Made by a program: the position numbers and the translations under genes | Assembly (NCBI GenBank): GCA_023920165.1 | Contig: CP089276.1 | Coordinates: 3,100,001 to 3,164,000, forward strand | Origin: Curvularia clavata | Taxonomy: Eukaryota | DNA length: 64,000 bases | Direction of reading: 5' to 3' | Notes under the pieces: generated by a model | Databases searched by the model: none | The model's input: the letters and a program-made list of their open reading frames with translations, nothing else | Told to the model about the DNA's origin: nothing | Shown here: in pieces, positions 12,115 through 25,569 of the stretch | Numbering within the stretch: the stretch's first letter is position 1 | Layout: each line of letters begins with the position of its first letter

Positions 12115-14350
12115 TAGAGAATTATCGTCTTTAGCTTTCCCTCTGGTTGGTACTGTTCGTCCGTTCGGAAATGCTAGCGATGCGCGACCATACGTCCCAA
12201 ACTGAAACCGTGCTGAAAACCTGCAGGAAATCCCCGCCTCCTACAGCTTCACAAAAGGAAACAAATAACCAGCATAAAACCGACTCTACACCCTTTCGCT
12301 TCGCAGACAAAGAAACAAGATACGCAATTGCTTATCAATACGACGGGCGGGGTGTTTTCCGATTAAGTACATCGAGACCAGCGATATGCGCGGACTATTG
12401 AGATGAAAAGGGTAATCAGCAGGCCGCGATAACAACGCAGGCGATCGCGTTTGCACATCCTACTTCAGTAATGACGACTGCGACCTATAGGCCAGCATCG
12501 CCGTACTCACAAGGGGTGTGGTGGGCGGGGGTGGCCTAGCACCTGTAGATCGCAGCCCAAACTCACCAAACTAGCCTTGTACAGTATTCAAGTCCCTATC
12601 TGCTTGGCACAGGATGCGTGCCCAATTGTGCTGGCTGCATTTCACTGGCCTACCGATGAATCGGGACACCTGGGTTTAGTCCTGGTGTAGGGTGCATGTC
12701 ACGCGGGTGGCTGGCGAAGCGTCCCGCTGTCGACAACGGGTCCCTATCAGCACCCCGGATGCGCTGATACTCGTGGTAATGGATTAATGTGATTGGAAAG
12801 GGCGGCGTTTTCACTGCCATAGTGGTGTGATTCCCGGCAGTTAAATTGGTGATTGCTTTTATCGTCGATCTGGCTAGCTGAGGCGGTATAGTACTCCTGC
12901 ATAGTCCCTTGTATATAAGAGGTTAGCGCCATGGATGTGCTCGGCAAGGTACTGTTCTTGACCGAAGAGCATCATGTATGTATAGCAAATCTTCTGAATT
13001 TTGCATGCTTTTGAAGTCGGATGACGACTGATCCAGTATGTGGTCTATCTTGTGCCTTAAAGATTGAACAATTGCTGCGATACTCAGGTGGTAAGAGAGC
13101 CAGATGGTTTCAGGTATTCGGAAAGCCATTAGCCCAGCTGAGCGATCCTTACTGATTTATGCCGTGATTCCGAGAGTCACCCAAAGCCTCCGGTCTGGGC
13201 TGCCACATTTTGGCTGTAAATGGGGATAAAGATGTGGGGGGAATAGCCTGAGCGGCAGAACGAAGCACGGCTGGACTGCGGCAGCTAACTAAACGCGTCG
13301 TAAACCCCGCACTTCAGCGTAACCTACGGCTTCACCAGTCTTAGGGTTCAGGTTGTCATACTGTAAATAGTTCATAACTTGCTGCTGATATCTGGATTCA
13401 AAGTCTTCGGTCATCCAGCACAGGTCTTCAAGTATGATCATGGTATTTGGCAATACGGTATATTATAGTTGCGCATGAGTGCATGAGAAAGAATTTTATT
13501 CCCCCTGTCATTCTTATTGTTGGTAGCCTATCAGCTGGAGGTTTCAGCAGCCAAGGCTGCACAGCATGAATTCGAGACCGATGAACACACATTCGGGTTT
13601 ATACCGGAAACTATTGCTTTTTTATTTCTCCTTGCATAAGGCTCGACCTGAAGTGTCCGCCAAGATTCGTCTCGCAGGACATAAACCGTATACGTGATAG
13701 TATGACAATCCAGCTTCCATTGTTGACTATCCTCCCCTCTATGTGGAGCCCTTCTCAAGAATAACTTATATTGCTAACACACAGAGCTGCATGTTAATGG
13801 GAGGCTGTCAACTCACAGCGAGCATACATACGATACTGAAAGAACCTGTTGAGAAAGAATGAGGTAACGAGAGATGTTCCTGAAGAAAAGATTTTTGAAG
13901 TCAGTCATACCGAGATTACGGTTTCCCGCATTTGTGCTGTATGCATTGTTCGTTGTATGGACTGATCAGGCATTCGAACATAAAAATGAGAAGGCAAGAT
14001 AGTGATATAAAGGCATAACTGGGGAGGAAGTTGATGGAACCAGACTCACACCCTCGCTCTTTCTCTCACTCTCAATATGCTCATCTACGTATTTTATACT
14101 CATGGTCTTGACTTCGATAATCAGATGAACCAATGAGTCATGTCGCAGCACCTATTAGCTCGGTAAGATCCTCGTCATTGAAAAAGTGGTAGCCCATCGT
14201 CACAGGCGTGAATCTTGCGAAAGCCTAATCTATTAGGGCCTAGCTGCGCCTCTACATCGGCATAACGAACAGGCAAGCCGCACTGCCTCGCGTCGAGCCT
14301 CTCGCATCTGCTTTGTACTGCATGCGTCCGCCACGCATCCACTAAGAACA

Positions 14351-14950
14351 ATGCGTCATCTAGACCACAAAAGCGATAACGGGCTCGACGTCATGAACTT
14401 GGACGATAAGATAATACTTCCTGTGCAATTATTTGACATGCCTGAGTCCAGTTGAGCAGGTCAATTTGTGGAGTTTGTGAGAGGAAATGGTAAGATTAAG
14501 CGTGGCTGAGTGAATGCTCGCTTTTGTGGAGAACAAACAAGACTAAACAGCGTATGTGATTCTAAATCTACACACACTACACTAATCGGATAAGGCTAAG
14601 CTCTTCCAGGGTATAACATCTATCTTACTATTAGGAAAATGCGATAAATTGCTGTATCTTACATATCAGACATATCGACGAAGGAGTAGAAAGCTGATAT
14701 GATTTTTATCAAGTTTTCTAAGGAGCCTTCTTTCAGAGAGTAAGCGCCAAGCCCAATTTTAGCAAGACTGTCCTGGTAGCAGGATATGTCTCCTTGGATA
14801 ATAGCAGGATTAGTTGAAGAACTTGAAAAAGATATTTCGGCGGTTACAATAATGGAATCAGGAAGAATATAAGACGAAAGAAAAGGATGAGAAGAGGTAC
14901 AACATAAAAGATGTAGAGCATTTAGATTCTCAGAAAGGAGTTGAACGTTG
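14351..14950 (+). pseudogene. Possible decayed multi-exon gene
   Basis: aacaATG at 14351; the frame runs through intron-like segments 14552-14594 (GTATGT..CTAAT..AAG) and ~14654-14713 (GTATCT..CTGAT..AAG) but carries several TGA/TAA stops. Confidence 0.25.
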
Positions 14951-15070
14951 ATCAGTTGAGCTGAACTGTATTACAAAGTCAGTATTGCGTCTTATCCAAA
15001 ACACTGGGACGGTGAAATTGCATAAGCCAGAACATTCCAGATACGAAAGCATTAGATACTCACCTGTAGA

Positions 15071-18000
15071 TTAGCAAACCTCTGGTAGTCCGACGAGTTG
15101 ATAGAGAAACTGGTATTCAGACTTCGAGGCCCATTCCTTTTGCCCCTTACGTCCCTGGGATAGTACTTCTCGAAGTATGGGAAAAGCTGTGAATGTTGGT
15201 CGCCCTGGCATACTTATCGCTTTGTTGAGTAACTCTGTTCGCTTTCCCGTAATAGACATGAACAACCGTAGTATGTCGACACCCTTTTGTATACGATCTG
15301 GCCGGTCGTTACGTGCGGAACATTCAAACAACCTGTCGTCTCTTTGTGCAGACTTCAACAGATGTTCCTCTGGCACTTCGAGAAATGCATTATCAGACTC
15401 GTCAAACGGAGCAGCCATATTTTCCCTTTTTCGCTGTTTATCTCTTGCGAAATTTGTCTCTGGAAAATCTGAAGCTTGTTCTTCGAACTTCCGCTTTCGT
15501 TGCTCATTTATCTGGAACGCTGTGTGATTTCCCTCATAGGTTCGGTCTGTAAGAAGTAGCTCAAGTGGTATGTTTTGCCCTAGGTTTCCGTAAGCGAAAC
15601 TGTAATTATGTACTGATCTTTCGCCACGAATTGAACTTGGAAATGGGTCATCCGTGTTGGATATCTTGAAAGAAAATCCACTCGGAGAGGATGGCCGAAA
15701 GGGCGTCTGAGGAATCCCCATGAAAGCTGTAGGTAGTAAAACAGACGGATTCCTATATTCACGGTGCCCAGCAGAGAACAATTCGTCAGCGACTAACACT
15801 GCCAGTTCCCACAGCGTGTTTTGTCCGATTGGTATCTCGATCCCAAGCTGAGAACGATGGCCAAGCATCCGAAGCAAAAACCAAAGAGTCTCCCGCTGGC
15901 CTAGAAAGAGATGCTCCTCATTTTTCCAGCTTCCTAATGCAAGCACAATGAGTGACTCGATGTTTTCGAGCCTTGAGAGTCTATTCACGGCTTTTAGATA
16001 CGGAAGGATTCCTTTGTGGGCAGCAAAACTATGGATGTTGGCTTGAGCCGAAAGCGGCAGAACATCGGTAAGGCATTGTATCTCTTGACCGAGATAGATC
16101 GAACCCATCTGAATAGACCAATGCGTAGAAAATAGACGCGTTTGTTGATCAAGTGAGTTCCATCTTAGGTCGCGAGATTTCAACGCCATGGTCTTATCTA
16201 CAGCCTCCATGTATTGCAGTATAAACGACTCTTCAAAGGCAGTATTTCGGCGACATGCATCCATTGCGAGATCCAAGATTCTTTCAAAGTATTCTTTTCG
16301 CATGGAAATACTGGGCGCTCTTAGACCTTTTCTTTGGTCTGGTAAAGGATGCGAGCTCTTCAAAATGGACAGAAGTCCGCACGCGATGTGTGTACCAGGG
16401 TTGAATCTTGTATCGATAGTGAGAGAGTGGATTTGTTCCCATACATCTTGGCTGGCCACAAACTCAGCCACAGAGCGATGCAAATAGGCTACCATTGGAG
16501 TTGGAGGCCAAAATATGTTCGAAGTTGGCATCTCACGCACTTCGAGCAGACCGCAACAACGGCTTCGAACACGAGACGCCATTCTTTCCGACTGGCCTCT
16601 TTTTTTCTGTGTATCACAGGTATCTTTACTTGAACTGATTGCGATATGTGGCTGTTGAATAGCAAAGGACAGCAAAAGTAGTTCGAGAGGTTCATCGTTA
16701 CCATTAAGCCTCCACCACTCGAAGATTTGAAACATCTGTGAGGCCTGCACTTGATATTCTGATGGCATCTTCTGCATCATTCGATTATAGAGTTCCCGTA
16801 AATCAGTGGGCAGGGCACGAAGCTTGGGAAGAAGATCATCGAAGTCATCACCATCTTCCAAACCACGCAACAGAAGTCCGGTGACAAGCCGGACCCAAAG
16901 AAATACTCCTTCGGCTTTCTCCTGGATTTCAGCTTTCAGTGTGGTAGCCTTTTCTGGTGACTCGTCTTGGAGTTCAGCCATCATCGGATGTGAACCGAGT
17001 CTGTCCCGAATGAAGACATGCATGTCATCATGCGTCAAATCCTGAAGCCTCAGTGTTGGACAGCCCCTGAACACATTGAGACATGCATTGATTGGCCGGC
17101 TCGACACTACGACTTTGATCGTAGAAGACGCTAAGGAACAAAGGAACGTTGACATGTCCCGGTGGTCTCCTTCAAACTCGTCAACACCATCAATGAAGAT
17201 GCAGATACGCAAGAAGGATGCAGATCGAATCTTCATTCGTTCAAAGGCGCCTTTGAGCTCGATATAAGAGAAGGCCTCCTCGTCGCTAATGGGGGTTCCG
17301 CTGGCATACAAGGTCGGGAAAACAGCGGGTATGAGATCTTGATATTCAGCAAGTATGCTGTGTAGTAGAGAGCGTAGCAAGCCAGTATGACTCTTCTGTA
17401 ACTGGGTTCCAACATTCCAGAAGAAAAAGTGTGGACTGAGAAGCGTGTGGTGGCCGGCCCATTTCTTGAGTCCTGCTTTTGTTTTCGGGTGCGATATGAT
17501 GTATTTCATTAATGTTGATTTGCCGCTCCCTGCTTTCCCATTGATGAAGTAAGGTAAAGAAGTATCCGCTCCAGAAAGATAATCACCGAAGTCATGCCAC
17601 GGTGTATTAGCGCGCGGCTTTTGGAACACCCATTCAAAAGTTGTTCGATGTGCTTCCTCGACCTCCTCGAACCTCCATGTTCTTTGCCGGAAGTCCAGCC
17701 AGTGTAGAATTTTGGCCTCTCGGGTGTCAGTGATTGTGGACCGAATTACCTGTATGTCCCTCATGCACGAGTCCATCTGCCTTTGCAATATGTTTAGCTT
17801 CGAACCAGATTGCTGCTGGACAAGATCCTCTAAGAGGCTTAAGGCTCTTATCAAGTATTTGTCGCTCTGTTTTGATGCATCGTTTTCTGCCTCGATTGAC
17901 CTGAGATGTTCAAGAATTTCTTGGTGGTTACTAGCTCCCCGGGTGCGTAGAGAAAGCGTCGTTGCAAGCAAAAGAGACCCCTGCAACTTGTCCACCCTAG

Positions 18001-18430
18001 AAATGTACGCTTCAATGTGATGGTGGTGCCATTTTATCTTTACGCTGGACTGCACAATCCTCAAGTATGAGGATGGCTTGGATGTCTTCATGAAATCATC
18101 AATGTATGCGATGAACTCCTTTCCACCTTTTTCGCAGTCCGTGGCGACATCAAGTAAATGCTGCTCGCGTTATTACTTGTCCAAACTGTTAGCTGCTGTC
18201 GTTTCATGACACACCTGCTCTTCCTGCTCAAGTGTGGCTGCGTTCGCTTTGAGCCGAGTCACAATGACTCGGGTTTGTTGGGTAAGGCCTTCAGTGACTT
18301 TACGCAGTTCAAGCAAGGACGAGGGGGCGCCCTTCTTCTTGATCTCCTTGGCAAGGGATATGAGTTGTCCAGAGAATTGCACAAACTGTACGACATTTCC
18401 AGCAAGACCAACGGCCACAAGAGCCTCCAT
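15071..18430 (-). CDS. Fungal NLR-like NACHT NTPase (~1101 aa) with helical HeLo-like/SesA-type N-terminus
   Basis: Exon 1 18430-18215 (MEALVAVGLAGNVVQFVQFSGQLIS), phase-0 intron 18161-18214, exon 2 to 15071. AHRTTFEWVF, Walker A GKAGSGKSTLMK, Walker B IFIDGVDEF, VVSSRP, KAEGVFLWVRLV, LPTDLRELY. Confidence 0.9.
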
Positions 18431-18541
18431 GTTGCCAAAAAGATAGAATGAAGAAGAGTAGAAGTGGTGGAAAGAAGTTGCGACGCATTAGGCTGAAGAC
18501 GGGTTTCCAGTGCCATGCAGCTAAGGCGGGGCGCACAGTTT

Positions 18542-18595
18542 AAGAGGCTGAACGCATAGACGAAGAGGCTGAGCGCATAGACGAAGAGGCTGAGC
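18542..18595. repeat. 21-bp tandem repeat, 2.6 copies, upstream of the NLR
   Basis: aagaggctgaacgcatagacg / aagaggctgagcgcatagacg / aagaggctgagc. Confidence 0.9.
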
Positions 18596-19586
18596 TTCCG
18601 CTACTCGATTTGACGGACGATGCGCAATGTTTTGATTGGCGAATAGAAGGTGGCTCAGCGTAAATGTACCCAAGGCGGTGTGTCAAAGTGCTGGCAGATC
18701 TTAAAGGCTACGAAATGATTCTGTTCAGACACCAAAGTGAAGTAGCAATTACAGTTCAGTTTCATATTTTTTGCAAAAGGCAAAGTCAATGCTGCTTATC
18801 TAGAGATCTGGAGGTTCAACGTATGAAGCCGTAGGTAAAGCTCCCTGTATGCCTTGGAGTTTCCCAGAATATGGCGATGGCTCAGATGGGCTCCTAATAC
18901 CCCATTGGTACGCAGAAGCGCACTAGTCAGGAAACAGGTTCGTGGACATTCCTTCCCATAGAGCCATGAAAGCTCTCCAGGAATTCCAACACATTTCGTT
19001 CGAGTACTTCATGGCACGAGCAGGCTTCCGTGCGAGCATTGGCACTCCATAATCACTGGATGCCATGTCTCGAGATCTACCATATTACCAGCTAGTCACA
19101 TAGCGGGTAGACTAAATTCTCGTCTCTCTGCAGATGCGTCGCAATGCTGTTTTTCAATGTGCCAATCCGATGCTCGCGTCCAGATACACTGCTGAGAGGA
19201 ACAATGGTTTACAGACTCATGACTATCTAACGTCTCACTTATGCCAAGGAACATAGCCGCATCGAATGCTCATGACGTCTCCAGGTCCGTTCGTTGTGCC
19301 CTGATATCCGAAAGCTTATTTTATCTCATCCACTTTGGCTCGTTGTCTCGAGTCGTCCATCGGAAGACTGGCTGCTTGTGTCCTTATACTATATTCGCTG
19401 CGCAGTTTGGCAATCACATGAATATGGAACTTTTGGACATTGCAAAAGCCCCATAATGATCGCAGCCAGTCACAAGTTCCACAGCACTGGCTCAGTATTT
19501 GCACGTTTGAAGTAGGAATATCCTCGTTGAGAGAACATAGTAATGGTGCCATACTCCATGACAAGACGTCCAAGACGTCCAAGCCA

Positions 19587-20689
19587 TCAAAGCACTGAGC
19601 TCCAATCCTCGCCCTTCATATACTCCTCAATCGTCGTAATCTTCACATCAACATCCAGCTCCCATGGGAACACCACCTTCTCTCCACCATTAAACCCAAA
19701 CTTGTCAAAATACTCAAACATGTCAGCGACTTCAAGCCCATACACCGGCCCCATTGCCTCCTTCATAGCTTCCAGAGGCATCCTTTCAAACACACACTTT
19801 ACATTGTTGACGCGACTGAAGATCTCGCACCATTCATTGAAGGAAATGAAGGAACCGGCGCCACTGAGAATCGTTCCCGGAGGGAGTTGGACGAGCGCTT
19901 TTGTGAAGTGACCTTTGGAACGAGCGATTAGCTGAGACCACGGCTCCCTTCAAAAATGACAAGTACTCACCAGTATCCGCCGCGGCATCAGTCATCGGAA
20001 TCTTCCTATCCCCACTCATCGGCAAGCTGATAACGAAAGACCCATCATTCTGCTTCTTGGGTGTCCCGCTGAACGACTTCCAGTTCGTAGCATAGTATCC
20101 CAAGTGAACGAAGCTCGTCTTGGCTAGTAAATCCGGATACGTGGATTTTAAGTAGTTAACTGCTTCGGCTTTGGCATCAAAGTGCAGATTCCACTTGATG
20201 GCCCCGCTGCTCCACTTCCTTGCTTCGGACAGCGTGGATAACACGAAACGATCCAATGTATCAATGGTAGCGGCTGCAGCATCAATGATGGCTTTCGACT
20301 GGGCCACTTCTTTGTCATACGCCACTTCGTTGGGTGTGTGGTTCTGCTCGGCAGCGAGTTTGTGTGTGGCAGGATCACCTAGATGGCCCCAGAAGTCCGT
20401 GGTACCGAAGATTGCGTTCGCACCCTGGAAGGCTTTCTCAAGTGATGCTGGATCGTTGAGATCGCCTTGCACGATTTCGACGCCTTGAGAAGACCATTTT
20501 TGGGCTGATGGCTTGGAGGGATCACGGGCGATACCTCGGACTTTCCAGCCTGGTTCGTTAAGGAACACACGGGCGACAGAAGAGCCCTTGAGAAATGAGA
20601 TTCTTGCATGAAGTGTTTGGATGGTTATAGCTCTGATATACACTTACCTGATTTCCTGTTACTCCGATGACAGCAATTGTCTTCGTCAT
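19587..20689 (-). CDS. NmrA-like NAD(P)-binding atypical SDR
   Basis: TIAVIGVTGNQGSSVA, VRGIARDPS, QGDLNDPASL, AIFGTTDFW, HFDAKA. Introns 20587-20647 and 19913-19970. Confidence 0.92.
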
Positions 20690-21403
20690 GATTGTGTGGA
20701 AGAGATAATTGGATTGTTTGAATTGAGTATGATGTGTAGACACAGCACTGTTAGACAATGGAAGTAGGACAGCTTATATCCTCTCATTGCATATGACATG
20801 ATATTCCTTCCAGGCCTTTTTGCCCGAATGCTCCGTATGCCAGATCGTAATCGCGTCCTGGAATCATCCACATTAAATCTCTTGGCTGGACTGACATTCA
20901 CTACACGTCAGGCATAGTCAGCTACTCGCGTCTTGAGGTATACTGTGTCCAGCCAATCAAGAAATGCTGTCAACTTTGCTTTTGCAGCATTCTTGTTCTC
21001 TCGGCAGTGTCGGACATGAGCAGTCCCCGCGTCTCGCCACTCACAGGCACTCACACTACCGATTTCAGCTGCAGTACCCCGCGAGAACAGTGCGAAGAGG
21101 AAATCGGACGACGAGGGAGGCCGGGTTTACTAATCTGCGACACAACGGCGATGTTGTACTAGGTCTAAACAGGAAAGTCTCGGCATTTGTCATGCGTTTG
21201 GGAAGCGGTGGCGCTAACGAAGGATGTCTGTACCAAATCTGAACTACAGTTCACTCGGCTCTCGTCCCATTTGTACTCCGAATGCCGCCGCCAAGAGCTG
21301 AGGTAGTGTGTTTTTGCATCCATGGCCACATATACACGTGCACACATGCAATTGTCTAGACTTTTGTAATTCTCTAAACTAGTGACTACAAACGTCAAAG
21401 CAA

Positions 21404-23365
21404 TCAAGTCACCCTCGGCCTCCGGAATGGATGCGCTTCGGTATTGCTATGTAATCGTCAGCTCTTGCATTACCAAGATAGGCTCAAATCGATATTCAAG
21501 GGAAAGCACTTACAAGACGTAATCATCCAAGCTCACAAGGCTCGGCTCGCTAAAAATCAAGTAAAAATACTTGAGCGTCTCCGCCATCCAAAAGCTCTCA
21601 CATTCGTCCAGTTTGAGCGGTCCCTGTCCCTTAGGAACCGTCACGTCAGCGATGGCCGAGTGGGCAAACTCTGCCAGGGTTGCGTTTTCAATAGCCTCGA
21701 ACATGCGCCAGGCAGTGTCTTGCAGCGCGGTGTCACCGGTTATGCGGTAGAGAATGAAGACCGATTCGATGGCTTCGGGGCTACACAATGGAGTTAGATG
21801 AGTAATCCCAAAAACAGGCAGCAGGAAAAACAATGGTGCCACATACCGAAGGAGGAACCGGGGGTCTACGATTCTGGAGAAGCCAGGCTGAAGCCCCACT
21901 TCTTTGATAACATCTTGAACGTCGTAATGTTGGGCATGAAGGGTACTTGAATGTGCGAGCTTGACAGCGTTGTGCCACTTTGCGACGTCCCAGACGCAAT
22001 CCTCATCACTGACACATGGCACCATACTGAAAGCCTCAGGCATGATACCTGTCGGCATGGCCTCGTATGCCCAAGTGCAACCATCTACCAGCTTACGGGC
22101 AATGTCCAACTCGTCGGTACGATTGAATATCTTGGCACCAAGTCCAACCATACCACCTGCGAAACATGCCAGATGCTGGCCGTCAGGCTCAAGCTTGATG
22201 GAGCCACCACTGCTGATTCGTGCGTTACCCGGTACCAGAATATGCTGACCATGAGGAACCATGGCACGGAAGAACAAATGCTTCTTCGCAGGCTCAATGG
22301 CGTTCTCGTACATCTTTCGATACTGATCTGTAACACCCCCAAGAAGCAAGTGCTGCTTGGGCAAGTACTCGTATAACGAATCAGTCATACCGCCCATAGT
22401 GAAGGATCCATGGGCGTCGAATTCTTCTCGAAAGGGGCTGATGAGGATAGGAAACAGTCCAGGGATTTTGGTCCGACTTTGGTGTTTCTCGAGCATATTC
22501 GTGATCCTTTGCACTGCATCATGGTATTTGAGATCTCCTGTAATCTGTGAGAGGCGAGTAAACTCAAGAGTCAACGAGCCTATCTCCGCACTGAGCGCCT
22601 GCGCGTCAGCTTCTTGGTGACCATTCAAGGCAGCACTGTTGGATGTCAGAATATGGTGGTTGCACACAAGACACAAGCTTACTTTTCCCAGTCCCACCTT
22701 GTGACCGGCATCCTGTTCGGCGTATCAAATGCGGCGTACAGCATATCCCCTAGCTCAACCGCTTTATGCAGCAACGTTGAATGCTTCCCCTTACTCAAAT
22801 CATATGCGCTCAAAAGTCCACCGAGGTAGCGAATAGTTGTTTCAAACACATTCAGACGTTGAACGGCTGCGGTAGTAAAATCAATCTTCTTGATAGCATG
22901 TACAGCCTGCTCGAACTCTTCCTCTAATCCCATGATGAAAAGCGTATCCAACGAATCCACCAGGGTCGCTGCCCGCTGACCGAAGCCATTCTTGAAGCCT
23001 CCTGTTACCGGAGTAACTTCATCCTGCAACCATGCTTGCTGCTTGTAGCCCTGCCAAGAGTGCAAAAATGCCTTCTTCACCGCTTCCTGCCTCTGCTTCC
23101 TTTCTGCCTTGTTGTGCTCCGTCTCGATTCCAAACTTGTGTTGTATTTTGGGGATCTTTATCGGCGAGCCTGTTGGCAAAGGCGACAGGGAGGAGACTGG
23201 GTGTCGCAGCGGGACATTCTTCCACTCTACGGGGTTCGTAATGCGATTCGAAGACGTAGACGTAGGCAAAGGTAGGCTGTTTCGTGTACCAAGCTGGCGA
23301 AAGGCGATGATAATGAGCGTTGTGGATACAAATAGCACGATAATGCGTCGAATAATAGGGCTCAT
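21404..23365 (-). CDS. Class I alpha-1,2-mannosidase (GH47), type II membrane
   Basis: N-terminal TM; AATLVDSLDTL, VFETTIRYLGGLLSAY, AEIGSLTLEF, DSLYEYLPK, HLACFAGGM, RPEAIES, ESFWMAETLKYFYL, NTEAHPF. Introns 22636-22682, 21781-21846, 21447-21513. Confidence 0.95.
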
Positions 23366-23784
23366 GGTGGCCAAGGTGTATTTATTGAGGTTGTCTCATC
23401 CGGCAAAAGTCCAAAACGACGTCTAAAAATAAAAGGGATGTTGAATAATCGAAGCAGACAGCGGTCGAGGGAGCCGAAGGGAGTAAGCAAAGATGAGCCA
23501 ATACGAAGCAGACGGGCAAATATTCCAGAAACTATACAGAATTGGTGTCCAGAGGCTCAGGACACGATGCAATGCTAAGAGAAGGGATGAAGAAACAGGA
23601 GGTCCATGGTGGCTGCATGGCTAGCCCAGCACATGTTGGGGGACGACAAGGCTGACTGCGTCACCGGCCCTGGACTAGCAGGGGTGGCCATGTGCCGATC
23701 CCAAGCGGCCGGCCCCGTCATGTCCGACCAGTACCAGCCGCAAGTACTGGCGATACAGACCTCATCTTTTGCGCTTCCTCCAAG

Positions 23785-24676
23785 ATGAAGTACAGCGGGT
23801 AAGCACTCGGCCTTTCCGTCCTTAGTAGGGCATTTTCTTTTCTTTCAGACCGAGGCTAAAGCTCACAGGCTCTACTTCATCTCCAACCCCTCCACCAGCG
23901 TCGAAGCCGCCCTCTCCACCGTCACCAGCCTCACGCAGAACATTGAGACAAGCTTCCTGAACGCCACACGTCAATCGCCATGGACGCTATCCTACCGCGC
24001 ATTTCGCGATGTGATTCCTCCTGGTTACCAGCCACCCACCGGCCCCGACGGTAAACCAAAGCCATACGTCCATTCGTATCAGCACCTACTCCACCTCTCC
24101 ACTCTCGCCTCGAACAGAACATACGTCTACGCACAGCCAGCAGAGCAACCGGCGACTACCGCATCTATACCGCTGCGCCAGCAAGATGCGCACGCTTCTA
24201 TGCTCCGAAACCAATCCTCCGCGCTATGGGCACCAAGACACGTACTCGCTGTGCGCGAAGGGAGCTCATACACAGCCGGACTCTGCACCATACAGATTGG
24301 GGAACTGCGAGCAACGCGCGAGGGACCTCAATCAGGCGCTTTACTGTCTCCAGGTGTAGTCCTCTGCATTACCACGGTCGTTGGCGCAGACGAATCGGAC
24401 AACGACATTGAGTCTGGATACACGTCCCTAGAAAACGGCGCAGCTACGGACAACACGAATATCAAAAAAGAAGAAGGGGACAAGGAAGACGAAGTCGACT
24501 TCACGTACGCGCAGTCTGTGATCCGTGAGTGCTGGAATACAATCAAGCAAGGGAAGGATCTTGGGCGCTCTGAAGTTAGGGAGTTCATGATGGCACCCAA
24601 GGCTGAGGCAAACAAGGAGAAACAACGCGAGCTGGCTGTGCATATGTGGTGTGACGCATTGAGAATCAGGGGATGA
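23785..24676 (+). CDS. MED20: Mediator complex subunit 20 (Srb2-like)
   Basis: MKYSG|LYFI across intron 23799-23868; WTLSYRAFRD and LWAPRHVLAVREGSSYTAGLCTIQIGELR resemble fungal Med20. Confidence 0.72.
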
Positions 24677-25569
24677 GGTGCCACTCCTCTCCTCATTGTT
24701 ACTTGCTCGCTTGTTTTTCAATGGTGGCTTACAACCACAGCATATCGAAACAATGGATATAGCCGGGAGGCACAGCACACTCCACAAAACCGGGCATGCT
24801 ACCGGGGGTTCGCTTTGAGCAGCCAATTACCCTTAGAGCATGTCCTCACGAGTCTGAGCACATTGACATGTCTTGGCTAAGAATCCGCACGCTATAAGAC
24901 AGCGAGTCCACGTGGCGATGGTTTCAACTAGATTACTTTGGCGATTCGATTCTGCTACTACATTACCATAATTACTTTGCGGATACAATGAAACGAATAA
25001 ACACATTAAACCGCTACCTCACGCCTTGCCCTACACAGCTATCTGCTCGGCTGATTAGTTACTCTTCCTGGTCATTATCACAGCACAACAAGACTGAACA
25101 AACACATGAGCTTTATACAAGTCAATTGCCAACATCACAGGCCAACTCCTACCCAGTCACTCATGTCGACCTTTTTCCAGTCTCATGCCCCTACACCTAG
25201 TATCCTTAGGTATCCCTACAGGTATCTAAACAGAATAACAAACGTCGAATAAACGTGTCAAAACATGAAGAAGGTAAAGAAGAAAGGTAAAAGAAGAAGT
25301 AGAAGTGAAAGAAGAAACGAAGGTGGTAAAGTCAAGTATTAAGGCAAAGCGCGCATATTCCAATTACAACACATAGTTGGCGAATCAGATCCAGGACAAC
25401 AGAGCGACGCCCTTTCCGTAAGTACCCTAGACTTAATAATTGCAAAAAGATAAAGAAATGAATGAGAAAGAAGGTAGTGAATGGCAACCGGTGAGGTGCA
25501 GTCATAGATTGAACGAGATATCGCCGATGTGAACATGACATTTGCGAGTATCCAAAATGGCCGGAATGC

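Noticed and set aside
13341..13348. Telomere-like words (TTAGGGTT here; CTAACCCT at 41141; TAACCCTA near 56343) as a telomerase RNA template
   Set aside because: Single 8-mers are expected by chance and there is not enough free downstream space for a long filamentous-fungal TER; no pseudoknot or CR4/5 recognised.
18542..18595. CRISPR-like array
   Set aside because: Contiguous tandem repeat without unique spacers; eukaryotic context and no cas genes.
8379..20689. Secondary-metabolite cluster (BVMO, DUF3445, NmrA-like)
   Set aside because: No PKS, NRPS, terpene synthase, transporter or cluster transcription factor in the window.
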